A DNA stretch of 64,000 nt. It comes from the human T2T-CHM13v2.0 reference genome, Homo sapiens. The stretch lies in NCBI RefSeq assembly GCF_009914755.1, contig NC_060935.1, one strand, 5' to 3'. Numbering within the stretch: position 1 is the first letter of the stretch; each line of letters opens with the position of its first letter. Shown here one piece after another: positions 12,335-24,209 of the stretch. The position numbers were made by a program, and so were the translations under genes. Under the pieces are notes generated by a model that saw only the letters and a list, made by a program, of their open reading frames with translations, had not been told where the DNA came from and made no database searches.

Positions 12335-12564
12335 ACAATGAGAACACATGGACACAGGGAGGGGGACATCACATACAGGGGCCTGTGGGGCGTGGGGGGG
12401 TAGGGGAGGTTTAACATTAGGAGAAATACCTAACGTAGGTGATGGGTTGATGAGTGCAGCAAACCACCATGGCACGTGTATACCTATGTAACAAAACTGC
12501 ACGTTCTGCACATGTAACCCAGAACTTAAAGTATAATAACAATAAAAAAAACTTTGTCCCCCAG

Positions 12565-12790
12565 TCACTAATGCCTATAACCATGTGCAAAGTTATGTGC
12601 CCACAGGCGACAATATCCGCTTTTGCTTACTGCCATATAGTATGTTTGAGTTCTCTTTATTTTGCCGTTGGAGATTTCCTTTATGTCTCTTGAACTTGGC
12701 CATGTATTTCAGCCAGCATTTCTTTAGGTTTATAAAGGGAGGGACCCCATTTCTGTTACCTTAGTCTGGCATGTTATGAGGAGTTCATTT
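12565..12790 (-). mobile_element. HAL1-like 5' end
   Basis: Reverse complement reads ...AACATGCCAGACTAAGG...CCCTCCCTTTATAAACCTAAAGAAATGCTGGCTGAAATACATGGCCAAGTTCAAGAGACATAAAGGAAATCTCC, like the HAL1 5' terminus. Confidence 0.55.
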
Positions 12791-12810
12791 TTTAATGATA
12801 TAGAAACCTT

Positions 12811-13320
12811 GTATATCAGTCAATCTGTTGCTGTGTTAAAAAAATATATATAGTAGCTTAAACAATCATTACTCACAAATGAGGGGATGGTGCTGATTCT
12901 TAGGGTCTGACCCAGTTGATCTTGGCTGGGCTCAGTCATGTGTTTGTGCTCAGCTGATAGGTCAACCTGGTGCTGCCTGATCTGAGATGGCCTCACTCAC
13001 ATGTATGGCTATTAGCTATTTATTGAGTGGGTTTAAAGTCTCTGGTAATGAGGTTATATGTTTCTCATCAACCAGAAGCTAGCCCAGACTCATCCATGTG
13101 GCATTGGCAAGATTCTGAGAGTAAGATTGGAAGTGCACAGCCCCTTGATGCCAAGACTCAGAACTGTCACAGCGTCAATTTTGTGCCATTATAGTGGCCT
13201 AAGCAGGTCACAAACCAGCCCAGATTCAAAGAATGGGGAAGAGTTGCACAGTAGCATTAAAAAGAGCTCTGTACTGAGAAGGGAACAATGTGGACATTTT
13301 GGCAAACAAGGTATCTCACA
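12811..13320 (-). mobile_element. MLT1 (MLT1H-like) MaLR solo LTR
   Basis: GGCTGGGCTCAGTCATGTG...GATGGCCTCACTCACATG...GGCCTAAGCAGGTCACAAACCAGCCCAGATTCAA. Confidence 0.7.
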
Positions 13321-13629
13321 TTGGAAAACAAAATTTTTAGACATATAATCATTCAAAACTATTTAACAGTCTTTATTCTAGCCAATCAATCATGAATGCA
13401 GAGTTTTCCATTCATTTTGAAAGCCAATAGCTTTAAAATATATACATTAATTTAGAAGGATGCAGAAATGAGCCAACAAAATTAATTCAAAAAAATTAGT
13501 ACCAGGACTATTGGGTAAATATAAAGGATTAAAGATTACTTTTTAAAAAAATCTAACGTTTTGTATTGCATTAAGTTTTCCATGTACTTTCATATATTTC
13601 ATTATTTCTGAATCATACAATATATATAG

Positions 13630-13760
13630 TTCTTTCCACTTTATGGATAAACCTCTGAGTCTCAGAAGCTTGCCCTAAATCATTCAGTAAGTGGCAAAAC
13701 CATCACTTGAATCCTGGTCTTCTGACTATAATCCCATGCACTGTCTACTTTATCCTGCAG
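13630..13760 (-). mobile_element. MIR fragment
   Basis: CCACTTTATGGATAAACCTCTGAGTCTCAGA...GTAAGTGGCAAAACC...TTGAATCCTGGTCTTCTGACT. Confidence 0.6.
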
Positions 13761-14349
13761 CCTGCAGGTCAGAAAGGGTTGGTCTAAATGAAATTGTGTC
13801 TATTTTTATGCAATGAATAAATTCTTGAAATTTTTCTTGAAAATCATAATTATAATTTAAATGCTATGATAGAAGTTTTCAAAAAGTAAATAATCATAAA
13901 TGGCCAGTGACTCTCAGCTGTCACTGAATGCTGTGGATAAAAAAAAAAATCCTTGAAAAAAAAATGAGCTCTTAGGTTTGCACATGAATTCAGAGGTAGC
14001 TTGGGAGTTTGAGGTTTTCTAACTATAGGTCCCCCAAACCCTCTTTCTGGTGATAATGACAGCTTCTTGGGAAAAGTCAAGATGCCTCTGTTTTGGGTGT
14101 GGTTCCCGAATTTGCTTCTGCAAGCAGCGTGACTCATTTGTTGAGCTCACTTTATGCAAAGTGGTTGTGGGAAGTGAGCTACTTACCAGGAGAAAAATGT
14201 AGTATTTTGGGGGTTTCTAATGGCTTTCCCGAGACGAGGTGTCTGCTGAGCTGGAACAGCATTAGCACTTTGAAGGGTGTGTTCTGTGTCAGACAGAAAA
14301 CCTAGAGTTAGTACCATCTGATGACTTCTACCAGGAAGGAAGGAAACTG

Positions 14350-14540
14350 ACATTTATTGATCATGAATTGTGCAGATCGTATGCCAGGTGCTTTGCATGT
14401 ATTATTATTTTTTCATCCTCATAAAAAACCCATTTTATAAATAAGGGGACTAAGGTTTGGAAAATTTGACAGGATTTATCATAGTCACAAAGCCAGTAGG
14501 TAATGGAGATAGGATTTTAACCCCCTTACTCTTTCTGAAT
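14350..14540 (-). mobile_element. MIR fragment
   Basis: CATTTATTGA...TATGCCAGG...CCCATTTTATAAATAAGGGGACTAAGG MIR core. Confidence 0.65.
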
Positions 14541-16439
14541 CCACCAGGCTGGGGAGGATGTGTGGTAAAGATCATAAATTTAAGTCAATATTGGGAAATT
14601 ATGTGAAAGGCTTAAATTAGCAACTGCAGCACCTTAAGAAAAATTAAAGAGAAATTGTGTGTGGTAAAAGGAATTTTTTTTTTTCTAGTGAAATTTTGTA
14701 TCAGTTTGCCTGGGCTTCCTGTGTGAGATGCTCTGTGTTCCTGGCGAGAGGCTGGGCCCAGCAGGCCTGTCCTTGTGCTCAGCGACTCTCCCACCTCTCC
14801 AGCCGATTCCTTCCATCCTTGTACGAGGCTGAATTCTGACGCCCAGGATGAGCTCCAGCGGACGTCAAGCTGATGTGTCATCTTATGAGTGAGGGCTTCT
14901 GAGCTAGTGCCCATGAGCTCTGACTCATCAGGCTTCTAATTATAACTCGTCCTGGCTTCTCAGATAATGGGTTTGTCTCAATAGTTTCCAGGGACACATT
15001 AGACCAGTCCTATATTTTGTGGGACTTGGGTGTTTAGGCAGCCCGTGGTGTTCTGGGCGGAAATAGAGAAGAGACTGACAAGTCATCAAGAATTTCAGTG
15101 GTGCCCCTGAAAGTTGTCACAGCATCTCAAATGTGCCTCTGAGCAAATGGTCTTTGGCAGAGCTTGGCAACCCTGCTTCAGGTTCCAACACTACAGCGTA
15201 CAATCCCTAAAAGAGCTTTGGCATCCTGAGGATGTTAATGTCCCATAATGCCCAATGGCTGTGGTGGTAATGATGGGTAATAGACTTTAGACCCCACAAA
15301 ACCAGCTCTCCAGGCACCCCACAGGGAACAGCAGTGGGCAAAATAGTGGGCAGAGCAGAGAAGGAAAGTAACATAGGATTCTACGTGGTTCCCACCTGTG
15401 GAAATGAACAGGACCCTTGCAAGTCCATTTGGGGCACCTCTAGTGACTCCTCGAAGACAAAGCAGATAAGGACAAGAGCTTCTGAAATAAAAACTGCATT
15501 GACCCAGAACTTTGGGACTGCAAGAGGACTGAGAGGCCCTAAATTTAACCACTACATTTCACAGACCAACTATAGCTCAGAAAGACTGTGATTTTCCAGT
15601 ATTGCACAGCTAGTTAGAACCTATAGCTTTTCAACCCTCCATCTAGCATCTTTGATGCCCAACAAATAGTAAGTATTCCTCCAAAATTAAAAAATTTCCT
15701 TGTGTTCATGATTCAGTTGATTAAAATTGAGGTGGCTTTTTTTTTTTTTTTTGCCATTTTAAAGGACGTTGACAGAATCATTCAGTGGTATATCTCCAAC
15801 TATAAGATCTTTTGAATTTGACACCACATCTAAAGTTCTTTTTCTTTCTTTTTAAAATTTTCTTTTAAAAGTTTACTTGACTCGATGGATTCAACATGTA
15901 AAGTTAGTTCTGTCTTTATGGTTTTCACACAGAAATTTGTATTGATGGTGCAAAGCTTAGGATTCTTCAAATGAGTTTGTTATGGAGGCTTGCTTTTCTG
16001 TCCTGCCTATTGCTACTACATTATCTCTGCATCTCAGATACAAATCAACACTGACTGAATCACAGAGCCAGCTCATGATAGGCATGTGATGACGAGTGAA
16101 CCAGAAAAAGGGCAAGAGGGGCCTGGGGCTAAATCTTAGCCTGAGTCAAACTTGGGAAGAGACCAGGACATCAAGTGTGGAGGCCCAGAGTGAGAGTAGA
16201 ATCAGTCTTTGGAGTAGAGCAGAGACAAGGTTTGAGGCAGAACAGAAAGCAAAGAAGGAGGGTCTAGGGAACTGCAAAGAGATTTCCATTCTAGTGCTCA
16301 CACTCATCAACTTGTAGGAATTCACAGATCAATGGATTAGTGATTAAGCTTGGTAGGATTGTTGTGTAAATGGCCAGTGGTGTCTGCTCTGGATGAGGAA
16401 AGGAGAGTAAATGTATGAGTGCTGCATATTTGCAGTCTA

Positions 16440-16670
16440 CAGCAGTATAGCCAAATGCTTACAAGTGCAAACTGCAGATGGTCTTATCGCTGCCCCTTAT
16501 AGCTGGTGACATTGGACAAGTCACTTGACTCTTCATTGTCTCATTTTCCCAGCTTGAAAAATGGGTAAAAACTCATAAAGGTTTTCTGAACATTAAATAG
16601 AATTATATAGGAACGTTGCCTAGAACAATGCCTGGGACACAGTCGTCACTCAACATATGTTAACTATTAT
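16440..16670 (+). mobile_element. MIR
   Basis: GTGACATTGGACAAGTCACTTGACTC...CTCATTTTCCC...AAAATGGG...AGAACAATGCCTGGGACACAG. Confidence 0.7.
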
Positions 16671-18862
16671 GACAGTGCTATCCCTGGTCTTGGACACTTG
16701 CTATGAAAAGCTTTGGAGTATCTGCGATATGTAAGGATGAGGATCAGATTTAAAAGGGCATAGCAAACTTGGGGTTAGTTGGACAACTTCTCTTTTTCTG
16801 ATAATGTCTATAAAGGTGTTTTGAACCAAGAGTACTTAAAACAAAACTTTAACATGTGTTTTGAGCCTGACTGCTGGAGGGGATGCTTGAAAAACAATGT
16901 GGATTACCTAAAAGCAGCCTCCACCTTAATCCATGTTGGCCGCTAAGTGTGGGGTTTTGTTGAAACCACTCATACCACTTAATTAGCTTGCTCAATCGTT
17001 GTTTTTAGTCTGAAAATTTTTGAAAATCCTCCCCCTGCACTAAAATTAGGGAATGGAGGAGTGGGAATAAGAGAAGCTCTAACCACGCAGGCTTGACCTT
17101 GTATAGTGGAACAGACTTTGCCTTGCACCAATGGGGATTGAAGATGGCATGACCTCTTCTCTGAACTCCATCTCATTGCCCTAATGAGGACCTGGCAGCG
17201 CCTGGGTCCGCCACTTGACTTCCAAGTCTCATGATTAGAGGCTCTTTATTTGCTCACACCTCACATACTTCAGGTTCAGGAAGTGGAGGAGGTGCCAGAT
17301 CTCATTCCGCGTCCCTCCTGCCCCTTCAGAATGTATACTTCCTTGCTACCGGTACCCTCTTTCCTTTCTGCCCTCAATCCTCAGTCTGCTGGTCACACCT
17401 CATTCTCTGAGGACTTAAACATCTGTCTTCCTCTCAAGGCCAAATTCCATTGTCAAAGAGAATGAGAGGAGAATTATTTCTTCTCTACCTTCTGAACAAT
17501 TGGACATTGCAAGAGAAAACCAAAGAATGAAGTTCATTGGTTTCACATAGCATTCATGATCATCAGTCTCAAAAGATGTCTAACAATCCTACCATTTTTC
17601 TCTAGAAATCTAGCCTTTCCAGTTTCAAGGTGACTATTTGTACCCAAAACACATCCTGCTTTCTTCCACTTACCTCTGGGGGCACTTTTCCCCAAACCTC
17701 ACTAAGAAAATAAAAGTGGCCAGACATGTGTCACCTCCATTTCCCTAATACAAAAACAACAAACCTCTCTATGTGGCACTGATCTGCTACTTGCCTCCTG
17801 TTGCAAAGCACAAAGTGCTCCTCTTCCCACCAGAGGCTAGCCTCTCTTATCTCCTCCTGTCCTCTCAAAGACTTTGATGTCTTACCGCCTTCTTTCCCTC
17901 TGATAGCTATAAATGTTTCCTTTCTACTACAATATTCTCATCAGAATGTAAATATTATGTAATGGTATTTCTCTAAAAAGCAAAACAAAAAGTTTCATCC
18001 CTTATTAACTGAACAGTCCTCCACCTGTTCTACTCTTCTTAGCCAAAATTCATAAAAAGCTCCCACATATTCTGTTTCCATGTTTTCTCCCATTTAATCC
18101 TCAACTCATTTCAGACTGACTTCCATCTCCACTTCTTAACTGAAATTGCTTTTGTTGGAGTTACCCAGGACCTGGAAATTCAAGAGATACTCTTCTTACT
18201 CAACCTTCCTCAAAATGCTTTCTTCTGTTGACTTTTCTCTCACCTAACTGTCTAATCCTGCTCAGTCCCCTAGGCTGTTTCTTCTCATTACCTCAGTATC
18301 CTAACAGTAGAGTACCCAAGGTTCAGTGCCGGACAATTTGTCTCCTCTGTCTATACACTCATCTCAAAGATTTAAATGCCATCTGACCACTCTCAAATTC
18401 ATGTATCCAACCTTGATAGCTGTAATGACATCCTCACTCTAATAATAACAATAGTAAAGAACAACAAAAGTAAGTGATATGCTACATTCCAGGCCTATTT
18501 GAAGCACTTTACGTGATTGGATAATAGATACTTATCACATACTTTGAAGTAGATTCATTGTCATCCCCATTTTATAGATGGGAAAATGGAGTTATAAATA
18601 CATAGTTTTGTATCTTGCAACCTACAATTGATAAGCAGTAGATTGAGAACTAAAATCTATCTACTAGACAGAAATTGTTTTATATATCCTTCCAATATAA
18701 TCTTATGAGATGTTACTTTAGACAGAAATCTGAAAGCCATCTTCAGGTTCTTTGTTTCCTTTACTTTCGCATGTAATCTATTCAGAATTCCTGGTCCTTT
18801 CAGCCTCGCAGTGTATCTTGAATTCAATTGCTTCTTTCCATTTCTCCTGCCATCGCTGAGTC

Positions 18863-19038
18863 CAGAGTTTTTTGACCTTGGCACTGTTGACACTTTGGGC
18901 TGGATAGTTATTTGGTGTGTGTATTTTAGGATATTTGGCAGTATCCCTGGCCTCTACCTAGCTGATGTTGGTAGCATCTGTGATCATCAAAACATCTCCA
19001 GACATTGCCAAGTGTCCCCTAGGAACTGAGAATAACTA
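18863..19038. mobile_element. MER20 hAT-Charlie MITE
   Basis: ACCTTGGCACTGTTGACACTTTGGGCTGGATAGTT...TCCCTGGCCTCTACC...TCTCCAGACATTGCCAAGTGTCCCCT. Confidence 0.85.
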
Positions 19039-19436
19039 ACCTAGTCTGAGACGTCATTAACTTTTGCCTGAACTACACTAATCTCTTACCTGTCCTCTTG
19101 CTTCCACTTTTATTTCTTTTTTTTAATTGTCCACAAAGCAAGCAGCAAATGGAAATAAGATTATGTTATTCCTCTATCTATCTAAAATGCCTTAATACTT
19201 TCCTATCAGATTTATTAAAAATGTAGGGAAAATACCGATTTTTACAAAGGCTTTGTGTGATCTGGCCTCTGCCAAACTCAGTCTCATCTTATAGTATCTT
19301 CCTTTTTGCTTAACCCATATGGGAGTTCTTTCAGCTCTGGAGTCAGTTGAGCTTTCTACCAACTTGTTCTTCCCTGTGGCAGAAAATCTGTCTCTTCTCC
19401 TTCTCCTCAATGTGCATGTGTGCGTGCATGAGTGCG

Positions 19437-19438
<2 letters not shown>

Positions 19439-19467
<29 letters not shown>
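19439..19467. repeat. (CA)n microsatellite
   Basis: About 14 CA units. Confidence 0.95.
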
Positions 19468-20424
19468 TCTACATACTACTTCTACCCCATCCTGCATGTC
19501 ACAAAACTGGCTCCTTATCATTCTTCAGATCTCAGCTTTAACATCACCTTCATGGAGAGACTTTCTCGGATCACCCAATGCAAGTAAGTTCCCACCTGCC
19601 CTCACCCCATTATTCTCCATCATACCCAGTACCCGGTTTCCTTTTTCATACTCTTCATTGTATTTATATATGCATTTGTGCCCATTTGCATGTTTTCCAT
19701 CTACCATATTAGACTGTAAGTCCCACAGGGCTTGTTCACTGTGGGGTCTCTGACACTTTGCACAGTGCCTGGTGCATAAAGGCAGTAAATCACTCATTGA
19801 AGAGGCTGCTAATTGCATGTCACTTAGAGTGGTTGAATAATTTCAAAGATTTCCCAAATCAACACCTGATGATGGAACGCAATCTTGGGAAGAATAATAT
19901 GAGTAAAGGAGAGGGATTTAGCCATAATCAGGAGTTTAATCAGAGCTGACATGGTTTGTCTTGGAAAAAGGGAAATCCTTGTTGGGCTGCCACTATGCAT
20001 TCTTGAGCTATGAACTGGCCAGACTTGTTATTTCTGGCTACAGTTATCCACTACTGAGTAAGTCACTGGGTAGCATGGTTTTCCCCCTTTCAGTTGGTGG
20101 TTGCAATATGGCGGAACTAACCCCATTATCAGTTCTTCTAGGCTTCACATTCAGGATGTGAGGAAACAGGAATTAAGTATAACTCCCTTGGGGCCATTTC
20201 AACAGCTGTGGTTTTTGAGGAAGTTCCTGTCTCCCAGAACCAGCTTCAGGGGAAAAGGAGATGCACAGCAAGAATCATGTTCTGTGACTTTCTCCCTGGA
20301 GATAATTCTAGAATCACCCTGATGTGTTTGTGTCTGCATGCGTATGTGCATGAACACGTGTGCAACTAGAAGTGGTCTAGTCATTTCTAAAGCTCAAAGA
20401 GTCTTTAGGCAATATTTAGCCCAA

Positions 20425-20620
20425 CCTTCTCATTTTATAGAAGGAAATTGAGGCCGTGAGAAATCTGACTTGCCCAGTGTCACACAACTAGTTGATAGAA
20501 AAGCTGGATTTATTGACAAGTAACACTGATGTCTGAAATAAAAAAAGACAGGAAAAAAAAGAAAGAAAAGAAAACTGGATTCAGACAAAAGCCAGGTCTC
20601 TTTTGATCACACTTCCATGT
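20425..20620 (-). mobile_element. MIR fragment with small A-tailed insert
   Basis: CTCATTTTATAGAAGGAAATTGAGGCC...TGACTTGCCCAGTGTCACACAACTAGTT. Confidence 0.7.
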
Positions 20621-21490
20621 CTGGAAGGTCCATTTCAAAACAGCATTTGATTGTTTTTTTCTGGTTAAAGAGGAATACATAGGGAAGATTCACAGCTGCC
20701 ATTCTGGGTGTTCTGGGTTCTGTCAAGCCTTGGAAGGATGACTTCCAGCTGCCTTTCTAAGAGGCAGCACTTGGCAGAAGCGATTGTCAGCAAAAGTCGT
20801 ATATTCTAGGTGAAATCCCAGCCTTGTCCTCTGACCTCAGTTCACCCTTTAGTTTCTTTGGTTTCAGCCATGACTTATCAACCACCAGCCAGCCTGCTTG
20901 GGTTCCTCCTCCAGCCTGTCCATTTGTGGTTCCCCCTTAGTCATCTTGCCAACCCCTAGCTTGACTGTAGACCCCTTTACTAGCATAGTTCTTGCTTCTC
21001 CTGAACACACATTGGCTATTCCCAATATCTGTAGACCCAACCAACCCAACAGCTCATTGCCTAAAGGCTTACCCATCAGCACAGCACGCCCCTTTGACCA
21101 CCAAGAGAATACAAAAGCCCAGGCAACTTCCATCCTCTTTGTTGGGCCCCTCTATCCTAGAAACACTGAGAAGCAGCCATCACACAGAGTACAAGGGCAT
21201 TTCCCATTGCTACAATCTGTTTTCATTTTTCAGAATATTAAAATTTGTGAGCCACCTCAAATCTTTCTTGGAAGAAATAGACACATATTCCTATTTATCA
21301 GGGAATAAATAGATGTGACCACAAACAATGTATTTAATGTGACAGAATTTGCCAAAGAAAACCAAATCATGTGAGAAGGATAGACTCTACAGATCAAAAC
21401 TGGATCCTTTGAGCAAAAAGGAATAGGATTTGGATACAGTTGTCTAAGGAATGAACTACAGGTTTGACTTTTTTGGACAAAACTGAAATA

Positions 21491-22064
21491 TGTGATGGAT
21501 GTTCCCTCCCCTTTCTATTTTTGGCTGTCCACCATTCTACTCCTTCTATGTGGGGAGATTTTCCTACCCTATTGTGTTTTGTGTTGGTAAAACCCAGTGC
21601 CCTATTTCCTGGTATAGAAGTTGGGAAGAGGAAACTTGTCTCTTCTCCTGAATTCTGGCAGTGTTGGTTAGTGACCTGTGCTTAGCCAATCAGATACTTG
21701 GATATGTAGGACTTGGAATCTTTTCAATGTGACACAAGGCTGCAGGTATACATGGAAATAGGATCATTGCAGCAATAGTGGCACATCAGTAATGGTGGTG
21801 ACAGCAGCAGGAGATAATGGCTGTGGCACTGGCAGCATCCTCAACATGTTTTAGACATGTTCTTCTTAACACACGATCTTGATCGTGTTTGCTATTCCCT
21901 AACTCCCTAGAGCAGCTCAGCTCTTGCATTTTTCCAAGCCTCGCTCTCCTGCCTTCCTGTCTATTCTGTGAACTTCTCTGAATTCTTCCAATAGATTTAT
22001 TTCCTGCTTCAGTTAATCTAGAGTTGATTTCTGTTGCTTGTGTTTAAAGAATCTAGATCATACC
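21491..22064 (+). mobile_element. ERVL solo LTR (LTR33-like)
   Basis: TG start, internal CAGCAGCAG-rich part, 3' end CCTGCTTCAGTTAATCTAGAGTTGATTTCTGTTGCTTG..AAAGAA..GATCATAC. Confidence 0.6.
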
Positions 22065-23937
22065 ATGTGGGTGAGATGAATTACTCCTTCTCAGGACTCT
22101 TCTAAATGGAACCCTAGAAAGTCTCAATGGTGTACGTAAGTAACTGGTTTTAGGGAAAAAAAAAAAGGTTGGAGAGGTGCTTGTATGACCAATGCTCTTC
22201 AAGGAGATAGGAGGAATTGTGGGCATTGGTGACTGTTTATTGTCAGGTCTACAGGACTATACAAATCATATTAATTGAGTGATGAATAAAATCTTTCTTC
22301 AGAGAAAGTTTGTCTTGTCTTTGAGTTTCCTGCCCGTGTAGTGAACGTAAGTTGGAAATAATGGTACATAATACCTTTTGTTTTTATGGTGCTATTTGAC
22401 TAAGTGCCCTGGAATCTCACTGAACAGCAAAAAATGCTCCTTCTTTATCTGATAAATGTCTTGAGATGCACAAGAAAATTGGATCCTGGAAGTCCTGATT
22501 CCTTAAGGTCTGCATCCTTCAAAGGTTCTGGAAAAAAGGCATCAGAAAAGGGATTGATTTGTCTCTGGTTCCTTGGATCAGAAGGACTGTCTAGCACTGG
22601 GCTTATGTAGTATTTATGGGTCAACCCTGAAACAGGCTTCTGTACTGCTGGGAAACTACCCAGAGTCAGAAGCTAGTTCCCAAATATGATGGAACACGTT
22701 GATAAAGAACCTTAGTTGATCTGCAGTGCACTATCTGGAAGCCATGTGGAGGCCACATGGAATGCAAGTCCTTCTTTGAGACCTGGTAACTCAATAAGCA
22801 AACTGCCACCAGGGGCCCCGTCCTAGCCATAGCCCCATCAGCATCATTTCAGTTGAAATGTCTCTACTTTGCTCACAGGGGACTGTCCCATATACCCTAT
22901 TTTGTTGTTCATTTTGTTTTATTTCAGTGGCGTTACAATTCTCTTAGATGAGAATCCTTTGCTAAATGCTATAGACAACATTTTTTTCTAAAATCTAAAC
23001 CAAGACATAGGGAAGTTCTGGAAAACAAGAAGGAATTTCCTCTTCTGGAAAATGAAGGTGTGGCGGGCCAAAAAAATCCTCAATAAATTCCTTCAGGAAG
23101 GCTGCTGCAGAACCATCAACAGCTTTGTGAAGTTTTAAAGGCAAAGGTTGCCATAATGCTTCCCGAGTCACAGAGCCATGCACATCTTGGTAGAGATAAA
23201 ACCTGAGAGTGTTCTGGGGTCAGTGCTGGAAATTGACAGGGAACTGGCTCAGTCTTGTTCAAAGAGGCAGGATATGGGGGAGCATCCCAAGCTAATTCTG
23301 AGTCACCAAGAATGATTTTGCAGATGGGGAAAGATTAAAAGAATTAATCAGAGAAAAGAGAGTGTCTGCAGGTAGGAAGACCCAATGAAAACAACCAAAG
23401 ACGATAATCTGATTGATTTTGCTGAATATCACCTATCTCATTTGTAACGTCATCCTCAAATGAGTAACTCTTACCCCACCATATCCTAAAGGTACTGCTT
23501 GGCATGGACCTGATAGAGGAATAAATATGTTTACACTTAACATAAAATTTTGAAAACCTTCACATGCTGCCTATTCAAGGACATGAATTACCTAGCTCCT
23601 TTTCAGCTACCCACATTTAAATCTCTTGCTGCTTCTCACTGAGCCTGGGAGAACCATGCCAGTTACTTGATTCCTAGAAAAGTCCTGGCTCCTCCTTAGG
23701 TTATATTTTCCCTGCCCAGGTGAAGGTAAGATGGAATTGACTGCACTATTGTCTGTTTTTGTCAATGCCATTTCTCTAGGAGTCTTGGAGTCTGTATTTT
23801 AGTAGCAGAAGTATGTTTTCCTTTGTTGACCAAAATTTTCAGATGCAGAAAAAAAAAAAAACAAATTCTAAGGATTCTAGTTCCTTAAACTCTGCTTTCT
23901 TCAGAATTTTTTGGAGGATAAGCATCAGAAGAGGATT

Positions 23938-24209
23938 ATGGGTACCAAAAAACAGAATGAATAAGATTTTCTATTTGATAGTACAAAAGGCGACTGCACT
24001 TAATGATAACTGTACATTTTAAAATAACTTAAAGAGTGTAATTGGGTTGTTTGCAATTCAGTGGATAAATGCTTGAGGGGATGGAAACCCCATTTTTCAT
24101 GATGTGCTTATTTCACATTGCATTCCTGCATCAAAATATCTCATGTACCCCATAAATATATACATCTTTTATGTACTCTCAAAAATTAAAAATAATAAAA
24201 AAATAAAAA
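23938..24209 (+). mobile_element. L1MA1-3-like 3' end fragment
   Basis: TGGATAAATGCTTGAGGGGATGG...ATCTCATGTACCCCATAAATATATACA, A tail. TSD-like CAGAAGAGGATTA / CAGAAGAGGGCTA. Confidence 0.9.

Larger units (their letters stand above)
5991..12550 (+). mobile_element. Full-length LINE-1, L1PA6/L1PA7-like, inactive
   Basis: 5'UTR start (..CCAAGGTGGCCGAATAGGAACAGCT), ORF1 and ORF2 remnants, 3'UTR ending CAGAACTTAAAGTATAATAACAATAAAAAAAA. Degenerate TSD AAAACTTTGCCCCGCAA (5974-5990) / AAAACTTTGTCCCCCAG (12548-12564) at a TT|AAAA endonuclease site. Confidence 0.98.
17750..19810 (+). mobile_element. LINE-2 relic (3' part) with nested MIR, MER20 and CA repeat
   Basis: Pyrimidine-rich L2 3' region: TCTTCAGATCTCAGCTT...TAGACTGTAAGTCCCACAGGG...CACAGTGCCTGGTGCATA. 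Confidence 0.65.

Noticed and set aside
12377-12409. G-quadruplex as a novel element
   Set aside because: It is the standard G-rich tract of L1 3'UTRs.
5991-12550. Retrotransposition-competent L1
   Set aside because: ORF1 and ORF2 have multiple stops and frameshifts plus a 389-bp insertion.
2540-12640. One large DNA transposon with TIRs at ~2540 and ~12620-12640, and a CxxH motif near 4975-4995
   Set aside because: The TIR similarity is weak AT-rich matching. The hAT blocks end near 4945, and 5050-12790 is better explained as a HAL1-like element plus the L1PA.
22805-22820. CTCF site (GCCACCAGGGGCCCC)
   Set aside because: Lacks the conserved GGC end of the core in register; a motif-only match is too weak.
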